64,000 bases of DNA from Eledone cirrhosa (GCA_964016885.1 OZ024741.1:117986001-118050000), one strand, 5' to 3'; shown: positions 1 through 14,237, counted from the stretch's first letter. Notes: generated by a model from the sequence alone, not told the origin. Made by a program: numbers and translations.

Positions 1-344
1 TATACATATCGCACACATATACAGACATACATACAATGCATATACATATACACACATACTCATATACAGTATATATATATATATCACACACATGCACACA
101 TAAATATGCATACACACTTGTACATATGCACACATGCGCAGACATACCATACACATACATACACATACATATATGCAATCACACACATATACACATGAAA
201 TGTAACATATAATGGTAGATTAACAACAATAGTATGATTATTTCACAATATCACCTATCAAAATGGTGTTTGATGTTACAGAAAGCTATTCTCTATCTTG
301 TTAGAACCTCAGATCTTATCTACGCTGTTAGACAAGCACAATGA

Positions 345-790
345 GGGTGCATGGCTTAGTGGTTAGAAGTGTTTGGCTGAAGTTCGTAATGTTGTGAGTT
401 CAAAATGTTGTTTGATGTTACAAAGAACGTGTTAGTACCCCAGGTATTATCTACACAGCTAAGATGAGCATAGTGAAGGCTCATGGCTTACTGCCTAGGA
501 GTGTTTGACTGAAGATCATAAAGTTGTTTGTTCAATTCCTGGTAGCACTCTCTGTCCTTAAACAAGATACTTTATTTCATGTTGCACCAGTCTAAAATGA
601 GTTTTAGCTGTAATTCAAAGTACCAGCCTTGTTACACACTGTGTCATGGTGAACTTCCATGTGAACTACATTAAGTGGCACATATCTGTGGAATGTTCGG
701 CCACTTACATGTTAATTTTGTGAGCAGATTGTTTCATTGTTTGAACAACTGGAATGCTCATCATCAGAACTGATGGAGCTCCAACACAAA
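345..790 (+). mobile_element. CORE-type tRNA SINE with duplicated head; related copies ~1685-1975, 20975-21205 (-), 43690-43800, 46893-47170, 54005-54360, 57870-57990
   Basis: TGGCTTAGTGGTTAG A box, GTTCAATTCC B box, TGTCCTT..CAAGA.ACTTTATTTCA body. Confidence 0.65.
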
Positions 791-2782
791 CAAGAGGAGC
801 ACAATTCATGTCTTTAACAACAATAATAAGCATTTTGAGACACTTTCCCTGCTAAAGCACGTATTACCTTTGTGGTGTGTATGTCTGTGTGTGTAGAGAG
901 AGAGGGGTTCATGATAAGCTTCTCTGCTTTGCCCTATCAAGGAGGGCATCTCGCCATAAAACATTGCTTTAAAAAGGAACCCAAGATGAGCATGAAGCTT
1001 GCAAGGCTAACCTTTGCTTTAACAATGGATAAATTGATCAACAAGATCCCAAACTGCAAGTGGGGTGTAACTCGTCAAATTGGACCAAACAGTATTTCCA
1101 TTGGTTTTGCAATTTCTACCAGTCATAACTCCTGGCCGAAAGAACAATGTAAAATAAAGTGTCTTGCTCATGGCCATAATACATCACTCAGTCTGGGAAT
1201 CAAACTCACAACCTCATGATTGCAAGTTTGATTCAATTCTCTAACCCCTAAGCCACAGGGAAAATTATCTTAAAACACTTGGTGTAGTTATAGAGGGAAG
1301 GTAGGTGCTTATAATCTTTTTCTGGGCCTCTGAAACTGGTGGAGGGAGGATCGAGGTTATCTTCAAAATCCCCAAACCTGGCCTGAATGCTTTCAGCAGA
1401 ATGGACTCTACTAAAGTCACTCAGGTGTTAAATTGGATGATAGATTAACTCTACTACCTAAGATTCTATCTAGATTTAAACACTTCCAGTTTATCTCATT
1501 CTTCATTTTATAACAATATTATTGAGGTGGAGGAGAGTATTTCATTATCAATGATAACAAGATTATTTCCTTGAAGAGCTTTGCTATACTTGTTGCTCTT
1601 CTCATTGACCATCAGTGTTCAAAATGAATTATCAAACTACCTGAAAGACTAGATTTATGGACTTTATTATTTGTTAAGGCATGAAGGCGGTGGATAGACG
1701 GCAGTATCTGTAGAATGTCGGACAACTTGCTTTGTGGTATAGTTACATCCCTTGAGGATGACACTTTAATTCACATTGCTCCAGTTCACTCAGCTGTAGA
1801 AATTAGTTGCAATGTCACTGGTTGCCAAGCTGTATCGGCCTTTGGACTACAACGGTGATGTGGAGAGGGGAGACCTGTATGCATGGATGTCTGTTGATGT
1901 TCCACGAACAACCTTGCCTGGACTTGTGCCTTGGATGGGAACTTTTTAGGTGAAAATCCCATGGTCATCATTGAAGGTGGGGAGGGGGGTATTTACTCAT
2001 GTATGTGTGTGTAACTTAACTACTGGACCTACAAATCCTTATTTCCATATTTTTATGTTTTTCAATGAATGTTATAAGTAGTCAACAATTTGAAGGAATT
2101 ATTAAGCTGGTGTTCAGTACATAGCTTACCAGAGATATTCTTCCATAACATTATTTTTATTTAAATATGAATGGTTTAAAAACAAGAGGGTTTTCATCAT
2201 AGAATTGTTGTGGTTTTGGTTGGTTTGGCATCAAAAGGGTTTTAACATTATATTTATATTGGAAAAGATGCGACTTATACACAAGTATTATTTATATCGG
2301 TGGATTGGCAGTATCAGTAGAGGGTCGGACGCCATGCTTTGATACATAGAGTTATGGCCCTTGACATTCTCAGTTCAAATCCCGCCGAGGTCAACTTTGC
2401 CTTTCATCCTTACGGGGTCGATAAAATAAAATACCAGTAATGCACTGGGTAATTGCTGGCCTTGTGCCAAAAAGTAGAAACAATTATTTATATACGGCAT
2501 ATTAAATTGTACAAACATAATATATAATTTCAGTAAATTAAAATGTTGGTGCTTTATTTCCAAGAAACCACCCGCTCCTACATATAAGGAATTCTATGAT
2601 TTATTGTAAATAAATAAATAATAAAATAGAAAAGTGTGCATACCCATATGTAAAGTCACATATAGTTATAAATACACATGGATGTGTGTGTATACTCACA
2701 CATTCACACACAGACATACACAGTTATAAATACACATGGATATGTATGTGTGTGTATATACACACACATACACATATATATA

Positions 2783-2978
2783 TAACGAAGGAGTTGTGGT
2801 AAGGAACCAGATGGATCGTAACGCACCAGAGTACTCAATACTTAGGGTAGTAGAGTGGGTATTGGGAAAAAGTATGACTCCGACGGCAGAGCTCAAGCCG
2901 TTTCGACGGCTATTTCTTGAAATAGCTGTTGAAACGGCTTGAGCTCTGCCGTCGGGGTCATACTTTTTCCCATTTCCC
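2783..2978 (-). mobile_element. Fold-back element, copy A
   Basis: Hairpin 2863-2972 plus ~80-bp single-sided tail containing GAGTACTCAAT (2829-2839); (TA)n flanks. Confidence 0.75.
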
Positions 2979-3119
2979 ATATATATATATATATATACAC
3001 ACACAACAGACATACATACATAGTTATAAACACACATGGATATATATATATACAGACATACACTTGAATATATATATATATGCATATACACACACATACA
3101 TAGTTATAAATACACATGG

Positions 3120-3152
<33 letters not shown>

Positions 3153-4079
3153 TACATAGTTATAAAAACACAAGCACGCATACACATATAGACACACAGA
3201 TATGCTATAGAGTTGATGTCATATGATCTGTGTTGAATTGTGATTTTTCTGTAGTACAAACAATTTACTTTTTGCTCACTCATTCTCTCCTATACATACA
3301 TGTACTTATATATAATCACATACATATGTATACTAATACAAATATATAATATCACACGTGCAAACACATGCACACTCATATACATATTCATACCAATACA
3401 TAATCACATACATACGTATATACTAATATAGATAGATGATCATACACATTCATATACTAATACAAGTTTATAATCACATACACATTCATATATACTAATA
3501 TAAATACATTATCACACTCACATACACTATAAAAACATAATCACATACACACATACATATACTAATACAAATACATAATCATACATACGTACATATACAT
3601 ATTCATGCACTCACACACAGACACACACACATACACGGGCAGATGTCTACTAATACATATACATAACTATGCACTTATACATACATATACATAATATATA
3701 CATACATGCATATGCCAATACATATACATAATCACACACATACATATTCATACAATGAATCATGCATACACTCTCTCAGACAGACTTGCACTGTCTGTTT
3801 TTATAAACATGCACATACAAACAGCTTTTGATATACAAATGTACAGACACACCCATACACACACACACACAACCACAGACACACAAACACACAGACACAC
3901 AGACACACACTCACATACACACAAACACACAAACACAGACACACACAAGGATACATGTTGATACAGTCTGAGTGTATTGATTTTCCTATTTCCAAGACAT
4001 TCCATCGGCTTCGTCGCTTTAACGCTGCACACAACCATTGCTATATAACATACTTCCCATGCTGCTTTGCAGGTCAACG

Positions 4080-4916
4080 CTATCATCATCATCATCATCA
4101 TCATCATCACTAGCATTATCAATGCTATCACCACCATCACCACCATCACCACCATCACCACCACCATCATCACCACTACCATCATCATCACCACCACCAT
4201 CATCACCACCACCACCACCATCACCACCACCATCATCATCACCACCACCATCATCATCACCACCACCATCATCACCACCACCACCACCATCATCATCATC
4301 ACCACCACCATCATCACCACTACCATCATCATCATCACCATCACCATCATCACCACCACCACCATCATCATCATCACCACCACCATCATCACCACTAACA
4401 TCATCATCACCACCACCATCATCACCACCACCACCATCATCATCATCATCACCACCACCATCATCACCACTACCATCATCATCATCACCATCACCACCAT
4501 CACCACCACTACCATCATCATCACCACCACCATCACCACTACCATCATCATCACCATCACCACCACCACCATCATCACCACCACCATCATCATCACCACC
4601 ACCATCATCATCACTACCATCATCATCACCATCACCATTATCTTACCATCATCATCATAATCACCATTATCATCATCATCATCATTAATATCATTAACTT
4701 CAACACCACTACCATTATCATCATCATTACCTCACCACTACCATCATTTTCAAAGTCACTATCATCACCACCACCATCATCATCATCATTTCCATCATTA
4801 TCACTACCATCAACATTATCACTACCATCAACATTATCACTACCATCAACATTATCACTACCATCAACATCATCACTCTCATCACATCCCTACTCCACCA
4901 TCACCACCATCACCAC

Positions 4917-4951
<35 letters not shown>

Positions 4952-6754
4952 ATTCAATCTCAATGTTTGTCTTTAACCTCCATCCACAACAATAATGCGG
5001 TGAATTTTAACACCATCTTCATCACCACCACCATTACCATCACCTCCACCACCATCACCTCCACTACCACCATTACCACCACCACCACTACCATCATTAT
5101 CACCGCCACCATTACCATCACCTCCACTACCACCATTACCACCACCTCCACTACCATCATTATCACCACCGCCATTACCATCAGCACTGCCACCACCATC
5201 ACCTCCACTACCACCATTACCACCACCTCCACTACCATCATTATCACCACCAACATTACCACCACCGCCACCACCATCACCTCCACTACCACCATTACCA
5301 CCACCACCACCTCCACTACCATCATTATCACCACCACCATTACCACCACCACCATTACCACCACCTCCACTACCACCATTACCACCACCTCCACTACCAT
5401 CATTATCACCACCACTACTACCATCACCTTCACTACCACCATTACCACCACCTCCACTACCATCATTATCACCACCACCATTACCACCACCTCCACTACC
5501 ATCATTATCACCACCACCATTACCATCACCTCCACTACCACCATTACCACCACCACTACTACCATCATTATCACCACCACTACTACCATCACCTCCACCA
5601 CCACCACCTCCACTACCACCATTACCACCACCACCACTACCATCATTATCACCACCACCATTACCATCACCTCCACCACCATCACCTCCACTACCACCAT
5701 TACCATCACCTCCACTACCACCATTACCACCACCTCCACTACCATCATTATCACCACCGCCATTACCATCAGCACTGCCACCACCATCACCTCCACTACC
5801 ACCATTACCACCACCTCCACTACCATCATTATCACCACCACCATTACCATCACCTCCACCACCACCACCTCCACTTCCACCATTACCACCACCTCCACTA
5901 CCATCATTATCACCACCGCCATTACCATCAGCACTGCCACCACCATCACCATCTACATCACTGCAATCATCACTACCTACATCATCACAACCACCTCCAC
6001 AATCAGCACTGCCACCACCATCACCACCACCACCACCACCAACAACAGCAACACCACCATCATCATCATCACAATCATCATCATCTTTACTGTCAATACA
6101 AGCACACAACTGTCACCACCATCATTACTATAACTAAACAATCTCTTAACCATACCATTACTACTACTACTACTACTACTACTACATGGCCACTAAATTA
6201 TCATCATCACCATCATCATCGCCATCATCACTACCACCATCATCATTATCATCATCCTCATCTGAGTTCAAATCCCGCCGAGGTTAACTTTGCCTTTCAT
6301 CCTTACGGGGTCGATAAAATAAAGTACCAGTAATGTACTGGGTTTTTGCTGGCCTTGTGCCAAACGTAGAAACAATTATTATTAACATTACCATTAAGAC
6401 GGTTGCCAATTTGTATCAATTTTGTTCTCCTTCCTCTTGACATCATCATCATCACCAACACCACCACCACCAACATCATCATCATCAGCAGCAACAACAA
6501 CAACATCACTACTATCAAACCTCATCCATACCATCAAACATTATTGTTACCACTACAACACAATTACCTCTATCACAACCACCACTACAACCACCACTAC
6601 AACCACATCACTACTACTACTGCACCATTACCTCTATCATAACCACCACCACTACCACATCACTGCTACTACTGCAACACTACTACTACTACTACTACTA
6701 CAACACCACTACCACGACAACACAAGTACTATTTCTATCACATCAACCACCACC

Positions 6755-6785
<31 letters not shown>

Positions 6786-7354
6786 AAATACTACTATCAC
6801 CACAACACCACTACCTCCATCACAACCACCACTACTACTACTACAACACCACTACCACGACAACACAAGTACTATTTCTATCACATCCACCACCACTACT
6901 ACTACTACAACACTACTATCACCACTACCTCCATCACAACCACCACTACTACTACTACTACAACACCACTACCACGACAACACAAGTACTATTTCTATCA
7001 CATCAACCACCACCACAACTACTACTACTACTACTACTACTACTACTGCTACTACTACTACAACACTACTATCACCACAACACCACTACCTCCATCACAT
7101 CCACCACTACTACTACTACAACACTACTATCACCACAACACCACTACCTCCATCACACCCGCCACTACTACTACTACTACTACTATCACCACAACACCAC
7201 TACCTCCATCACATCCACCACTACTACTACTACTACACAACTATCACCACAATACCACTACCTCCATCAAATCCACTACCACCGCCACTATTACTACTAC
7301 TACTATTACTACTACTACACTACTATCACCACAACACCACTACCTCCATCACAT

Positions 7355-7403
<49 letters not shown>

Positions 7404-8530
7404 ACTACTATCACCACAATACCACTACCTCCATCACATCCACCACTACAAAACCACTATCACCACAACACAGCTAACACTACTACTACCACCATAACAC
7501 TACTACCACCAAAACACCACTACCAATACAATAAAACTGCCTTTATCACAACCATCACCACTACCATTACCACTACAAACACTACATCACCTCCACTACT
7601 ACACCACTACAACTGCAAGACTACTACACCCACTACTACTACAACACTACTGCCACCACTACCATTATTATAACCACTATTTTTACAACAGCCATTACTT
7701 CATGATATCCACTATTACAGCAACCACTACCACTGCTACTACCACCAATACCACAACTACCACTGCTACCACCACTACATATTATCCATTATTACTATTT
7801 CCGGGGGGGGGGGGTGAATTGGCTGAATTGGTAGAGGGTCGGACAATGTTTTGTCGCATAGAGTTACGGCCCTTTACATTCTGTGTTCAAATCCCGCTGA
7901 GGTTAGCTTTGCCTTTCATCCTCACGGAGTCGATAAAATAAAGTACCAGTAATGTACTGAGTAATTGCTGGCCTTGTTCCAAAAGTAGAAACATTTATTA
8001 CTATTACCATCACCATCACTACCATTGCCACCACTCTAGCTACCAATACCACAACTACAACACCATCACTACTAATACTACCATCAACACATCACCATCA
8101 CTAACTTTACAACAACTACCTCTACAACACCATCACTACCATACCACTACCACCAACACTACAACACCATCACTACCATTACCACAAATACTTCTACAAC
8201 ACCATCACCATCACTATCAATACTACCACCAATACTACATCACCATCACTACCATTACTACCGCAACTACCACCAGCACCACAACATCATCAATTGCTAT
8301 CATTCCTACCACCACCACACCAATACCACAACTACTACCTACACTACAGCACCATCACTACTGTTACAACAACTACCTCTACAACACCATCACCATTACT
8401 ACCATACCACTACCACTTACACTACAACACCATCACTATCATTCCTACCAATACCACAACTACCACCAACACTACAACACTACCACTACCATTACCACCA
8501 ATACCAATATCACAACTACCACCACCACCA
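4080..8530. repeat. Compound (ATC/ACC/ACT)n trinucleotide field with higher-order units, interrupted by SINEs
   Basis: Almost G-free + strand; source of the poly-T/I/S/P and poly-V/M/G ORFs. Confidence 0.95.
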
Positions 8531-9262
8531 GCAATCAACCTGTATGCAATCTTAGATTTTGGAGAAAGAAATAAAGACGTGATGGTCATACATGGAATGT
8601 CTTTATTTATAGGTCTGTTTTCTCAATCAGGACAGACTTGGAATGAAACAATGAAACCACTAGTTCTCATGTCTAAAAAGGAGTTTTATGTGGTCACTCA
8701 ACCTGCTAGAAATATCAGTCAAACCTGTTTTTAATCACACTCCTTCACCTTTAAAAAAGGACATATTGGAAACATTTATTCCGCAATCCCATTTGATTGG
8801 GAGATATTTTAACAACTTCTTTTTTCATTGAATTGTTTTTGTCAAACTGCTAAGTTAAGGGACATAAATACAGGTTCAGATATAAACACAGACATGGACA
8901 CACACACATATATATAATTGTTGCTACGTTTGTCACAAGGCCAGCAATTATCCAGTGCATTACTGGTGCTTTATTTTATTGACCCCGTAAGGATGAAAGG
9001 CAAAGTTAACTTCAGTGGGATTTGAACACATATAGATAGCATAATATAATAATTGTTTCTACATTTGGCATAAGGCCAGCAATTATCCCGGTGCATTACT
9101 GGTACTTTATTTTATCGACCCCGTAAGGACGAAAGGCAAAGTTAACCGTGTCAGGATTTTAACTCAGACCGGACACAACTCTTTGCTGGAAAGCATGGTG
9201 TCTGACACTCTACCGATACTGCCAGATATAATATAATGTGTGTGGTGTGTATGTGTATAGAC

Positions 9263-9358
9263 GTGTCCGAGGAACCTGCGAGTCCAGAGTCAGGTCGATC
9301 CATACACAGATCACACCTCAAGCTGTTCGCACGGGAAACAATTGTAACACACAATAAA
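9263..9358 (+). ncRNA. Variant hammerhead (CCGAGGA core, expanded stem II)
   Basis: GTGT-CCGAGGA-aCCTGCGA...TCGCAcGG-GAAA-CAATTG-TA-ACAC-acAATAAA; palindromic stem III ACAATTGT. Confidence 0.65.
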
Positions 9359-9412
9359 TTGAGTTCCGATGCATCACTGATTTTTCATTTTCCATTCTAT
9401 ATATATATAGGG

Positions 9413-9631
9413 GCCTAAGTCGGGGGACAGTGACGAAGGCCTGTAACCGGTTCCGAGGCCGCCTTGAGGCCGTCATCAAAGCCAATGGCGGCTTTGTTGA
9501 GTGAGATCAAAAGAACAAGTCATGAAGACAAACTGACCCAAGTTTGATAAATAAATCTTAAAAAAATAAAACTACTGTGTTACTTTTTCCTAGACAGTAA
9601 TCTTGCGAACAAATATCGTCCGCATCCTGTA
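9413..9631 (+). mobile_element. Tc1/mariner 3' remnant
   Basis: VTKACNRFRGRLEAVIKANGGFVE* is a typical Tc1/mariner transposase C-terminus; ends ...CATCCTG followed by TA. Confidence 0.75.
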
Positions 9632-9640
9632 TATATATAT

Positions 9641-10527
9641 ATATCACGATAGATTAACGGAGCCATAGACTCTCACTATTCCCTGTCAATAATGTGCTCA
9701 AAGGGGAAGGAATCCTGAGCTCTTTAAAATACAATATGTTGAAAAGGTAACACACTAGAGAGAGATAGTGCGCCATCAATAAAACAGGGAAAAACCACCA
9801 GTGTATGGAATCTATAACCTATGAAAGGCAGGGTAGACACACAGTAATTAAAAATATAAATTATTGTATTTTAAAGAGCTCAGGATTCCTTCTCGTTTGA
9901 GCACATTATTGACAGAGAATAACGTGATATTTCGCTCCTTATAACAGTCTTTCCTCTCTCTCTGTTTGGTTGAGCACACTCCTCTGAGTGGTTTTGGGCT
10001 TCCCTTTCTAACAGCTCGTTCCTCAGACACCACTGGTTGCTTGTCCTAAACCCGCTGTGACTTCTCTCCCACGTGTAGCTGGACAGTCGCTTTAAATTCT
10101 CTTAGAGTTGTTTGAAATGCATAGCCTTACACACGCTGATGAACCATGGGCTATTTATTTCTGTCAACAAATTATTGGCGAAACAGATCTCTTTGGATTT
10201 GTACGTGTGTGTTATATAGTTATAGAGGTTTGTATATACACTTTAATTTATATTTTTAATTACTGTGTATCTACCCTGCCTGTTATAAGGAGTGAAATAT
10301 CACGATAGATTAACGGAGCCATAGACTCTCGCTATTCCCTGTCAATAATGTGCTCAAAGGAGAAGGAATCCTGAGCTCTTTAAAATACAATAATTTATAT
10401 TTTTAATTACTGTGTGTCTACCCTGCCTTTCATAGGTTATAGACTCCATACACTGGTGGTTTTTCCCTGTTTTATTGATGGCCCACTATCTCTCTCTAGT
10501 GTGTTACCTTTTCAACATATTGTATTA
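9641..10527 (+). mobile_element. Non-coding hammerhead-bearing element with nested direct and inverted repeats, inserted in (TA)n
   Basis: Direct repeat 9641-9736 / 10297-10392. Inverted repeats 9728-9921 / 10333-10527 and 9923-9947 / 10280-10304. Short direct repeat 10246-10281 / 10392-10428. Hammerhead in the unique core. Confidence 0.75.
10129..10210 (+). ncRNA. Type I hammerhead ribozyme with a full stem III
   Basis: ACACACG-CTGATGA-aCCA...TGGc-GAAA-CAGATCT cttt GGATTTG-TA-CGTGTGT. 7-bp stem I, 8-bp stem III including G-U pairs, GUA cleavage triplet (cut after 10203). Confidence 0.85.
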
Positions 10528-10779
10528 TATATATATATGTGTAATAAAAGACTGATACTTTTCAAAAAATATGATAGAAAAATATAAAGGCAAATAATGA
10601 CAAATAAAAGAAAGTAATGTTTTACCCAGTATATTTCAGGGCTATTACCCTTTTTTTAAATGTAGAGCTGAAACAGTTCAAAACAAAACAAACAATCAAT
10701 GTGTTCTTCCTTAACTGGCTTATGTGTCTGAAATATACATGCATGAAGTCACTATAGTAACCAGTCTGCTTTGTGCATT

Positions 10780-10945
10780 TCCAATCTATTATTTGTCTGT
10801 GTTTATTCCGGTTGATGATAATGCCCTCTTTGATTCTTAAATTGCCTATGTTCCTTTCTGTCACCTCTCTAGTGACCTCAATGTCATGGCTACGGCATCT
10901 GTCAAAATGTTTTTTAACAGAAGAAGCTCTTGTCGTTATGTTCTC
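10780..10945 (-). mobile_element. GIY-YIG C-terminal remnant (Penelope-like)
   Basis: SSVKKHFDRC...EVTERNIGNLRIKEGIIINRNK resembles S.V..H..C...E.N...L.IKE..I. Confidence 0.5.
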
Positions 10946-11122
10946 CTTGTATGTATATATATATATATGTATCCATATAGTGGGCTTCTGTAATTTCCAT
11001 CTACCAGATTTTATGCACAATGAATTGGTTAACCCAAGATATAAGTAGAAGATACCTACCTTACATCTTAAGTAGCACACAGTGGGAATGAACCACACAT
11101 CCCATGACTGCACACACACACA

Positions 11123-11569
11123 TTTAGTGAGTTGGTCCCAGGGTTACTTACTCCAGTAAGCACCACCGGTTCCCAACTACTAAATTTAATAAAAATAAGA
11201 TATAGTAGAATTTTTCATACAATTTCTTTTTGTGAGAATTATCTCTCACTACATTTGAAATAATAACTGAGGCATGATAAGCTTCTCAAAACGAGTATCA
11301 AAATAACTTGCGTTTATTGTAGTCCGTGTATTACAAATGTGGTAAACAAATGTGCCTCGTGGCATGACAAGGTATAATCCTGAATTATAAGATATGGTTG
11401 AAAAAAGGTTAGCATGCTTGCGCTTGATGTGATCACTTCAAGGGTTAACCGGCAAAGAGAGTAAGTGAGCAAGAGAGCGCAAGCATGCTAACCTTTTTTC
11501 AACCACTTTTAGTGAGTTGGTCCCAGGGTTACTTACTCCAGTAAGCACCACCGGATCCCAACTACTAAA
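11123..11569. mobile_element. Small element with 62-bp terminal direct repeats and an internal 30-bp inverted repeat, inserted in (CA)n
   Basis: Direct repeat 11123-11184 / 11508-11569 (1 mismatch). Perfect inverted repeat 11395-11424 / 11476-11505. CA tracts abut both ends. Confidence 0.7.
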
Positions 11570-11808
11570 CACACACACACACATAATGTGTGTGACTCTC
11601 TGAAACAATTCAATTGCTTTTTCTCAAAATTTTGTTTTCCATTCCTTCTCAATCTCTATCTTGCTATTTTATCTTTTATTTTTTATTCAATCTTCTCATG
11701 AAGGATTAATGTCCGAAGCATAAAGACTCTTCCTGCTATAAAAAGTTTCAAATTAATATACTTCTCCTTTGTACTGTGCTGTTTGCTTTGTTGTTTCCAT
11801 TTACTTGT

Positions 11809-11846
<38 letters not shown>

Positions 11847-12089
11847 ATAAGGATTTAGATCAATATATGGTGATTTCGACCTCGTTGTTTACCATATGCT
11901 GATGGATCATTTCAGAGCAGACTTATATGTTAAATAGTAGCAAGACAATAGTCCCCTGCAGGAAACTCTGCAGGAAACCAGAGAAAAATTAATGATTCAA
12001 CAGCTCAACATAGGAATACATTAAAGTACTCACAATTTCAGTCATTTGAATAGATCAGTATCTCTATTATATATATATATAACTCTACA

Positions 12090-14030
12090 AGGTAAACAAT
12101 ATATATAAGTGCTGAATGTAACTCTTCCAGCTACAAATGAAATCTGTTCTCTTGAAAATGTTTTATCTCTATACTTTTAGTACATCTGTGTATATGCAAC
12201 ATTTGTTGACATTACATAAATAGCTCAGCCTAAATACTTCACTCTTCAGGTGAGTGCATGTAGCTGTAATGATGCAATAGATGTTATCATGAATCCTTTT
12301 AATTATTTACATTCTAGATACATCTGCTGGAACAACAATAAAATAACCATTGCTAAGAGTTAATCTATGTTAATATGATCTTTCGACACACATACTTTTA
12401 GTTTTAAATTCTGAAAATGATTTTGCCCACTATCAAGTCACACATTGTTTATGAAGCTAAGCAATCAAGATACAACATAGCTTCTTATCCAGTGTGTGAA
12501 TTTATCAATGTCTTCCAAAGTAATGTCTTCTTAATGCATTGATATGAGAAGTGATATTTATCCCCTTTAACATATCATCACCATCATCGTCCTCATCATC
12601 ATTATCATCATCATCATCGTCTTCATCACTGTTTACCATCTATTTTCTATGCTTGCGTGAGTTAATACATTCCATTACAGTTGAATGCCCTTTCTAATGC
12701 TGACCACTTTACAGAGTGGACTGGGTGTATTTACCATGGCACCAGCACTACCTCTTTACAGAGGGACTAGGTGCATTTATTGTGGAACTAGCACTACCAC
12801 TTTACAGTGTATACTGGGCACATTTATTGTGGCACCAGAGCTACCACTTTACAGAGTAGGCTGGGTGTATTTATTGTGGCACCAACACTCCCATTTACTG
12901 GGCTGGTTGTGTTCATCTATCATGGCACCAGCACTACCACTTTACAAGGTGGGCTGGGTACATCTATCATGGCACTTGCATATATGTGAAATCAAAATCA
13001 ACTGGTGCCCATCTCAGTATCCTCAAAGACATGGCCTTTAGGAATTCTTTTCATGTATTATAGATGAATTTAAGAGGTCGATGACTGAATATAAGTAGGA
13101 ATTTTCAACCAAATAAAAAACAACAGGCATGGCTTTGTGATCTACACAGCAGCTAAAGCCTTTTTCAATACTTAGATAATTAGATTCAGCAGTGGCTAAT
13201 CTTCTAAGCTCTTTGATAAATATAGCAATGGTTTGTTGACTTGTGATAACATTCTGATGTAGAATGCGCACTAGCTTTAGTTATCAATATAATGTATTGG
13301 TGTGCATCAAATATACTCCCAACAGGACTTTCAATAAGCTCTGTCGTTCTCTTACATTAACATTGCACATCCAGCAGGCTTCGATGAATGTGCAATGTTA
13401 ATGTAAGAGAAAGACAGAGTTTGGGTGAAATCCCAATGGAAGTAAGGAGCAGAAGAAGGGCAAAGAAAAACTGGGTAGAGGGGGTGTCAGCAAATCTCAA
13501 ATTGCCGAAACTCACAGTGGAGATGAGGAAGAGTCATGACATGTGGAGAGATGCTGTGTTGAAAAGGACCTGCCAAACCCATGGAAGTGTTGAAAAATGG
13601 ATGTAAAAACAATGATGGTGATGATTATGATGATAATGATTTTAATAATAATCTGATGCCTTTTACTGAACATTTGTCCAAGTAAATTAGGCATTTTCTT
13701 ACTGTAATTTCACCAATGATTTGACTATTTCCGAATACTTTGGCAAGTACCAACCATAAGAATTTACTATCTCAAAAATCATTTCAATTCTTTCTTATTA
13801 GTGTGGAGTTGCATCTTATATTTTCTGAACCATTCACTAATTTTGATAGAAATACCTTCCTTTGAAATGGAATATTCCCTAAAATGATATATTGTTTCTG
13901 TTTAATAAACATTTGTTTGAATTAATAGTCCTGCCTGCATCTCTCAGTCCATCCAACATAACCTTGCATTTTAGGTTCAATTTCTCCTCACTACTTGCAT
14001 TCAAATATAACATCCTGGTTATTCAATTAT
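12090..14030 (-). mobile_element. Decayed Ty3/Gypsy pol relic (RT, RNase H, integrase zinc-binding region), interrupted by later insertions
   Basis: Manual minus-strand translation: GLRDAGRTINSNKC...ISF (RT); RRLATAESNYLSIEK, ALAAV, SHRPLKFIY, RILRWA..DF (RNase H); IVVPAD...IIKRIHDNI...TCTHLKSEVF (integrase). Order RT-RH-IN; many stops and frameshifts. Confidence 0.7.
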
Positions 14031-14237
14031 TAAATGAGGGCAGTGGATTGGCAGTATCGGTAGAGCATCGGACAACATGCTTTGTGGTATATAGTTACTG
14101 TCCTTTACATTCTGAATTCAAACTGGGATCAATTTAATCGACTTTCCCTTCCCCCAGAATTATTCACCTTGTGCCTAAATCAGAAACCATTATTTAATTA
14201 TTGAATGGCTCTACACAGAACATTATACTTTCTATTC

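Noticed and set aside
3760-7477. Long ORFs (200-390 aa) of poly-T/I/S/P, poly-V/M and poly-G/D
   Set aside because: Translations of trinucleotide microsatellites, open in several frames on both strands, with no splice or domain evidence.
12181-12249. Exon-like segment (ttttAG...cag|GTGAGT) with stops in all frames, a possible poison exon
   Set aside because: Lies in the antisense of the Gypsy integrase relic; no independent support without RNA data.
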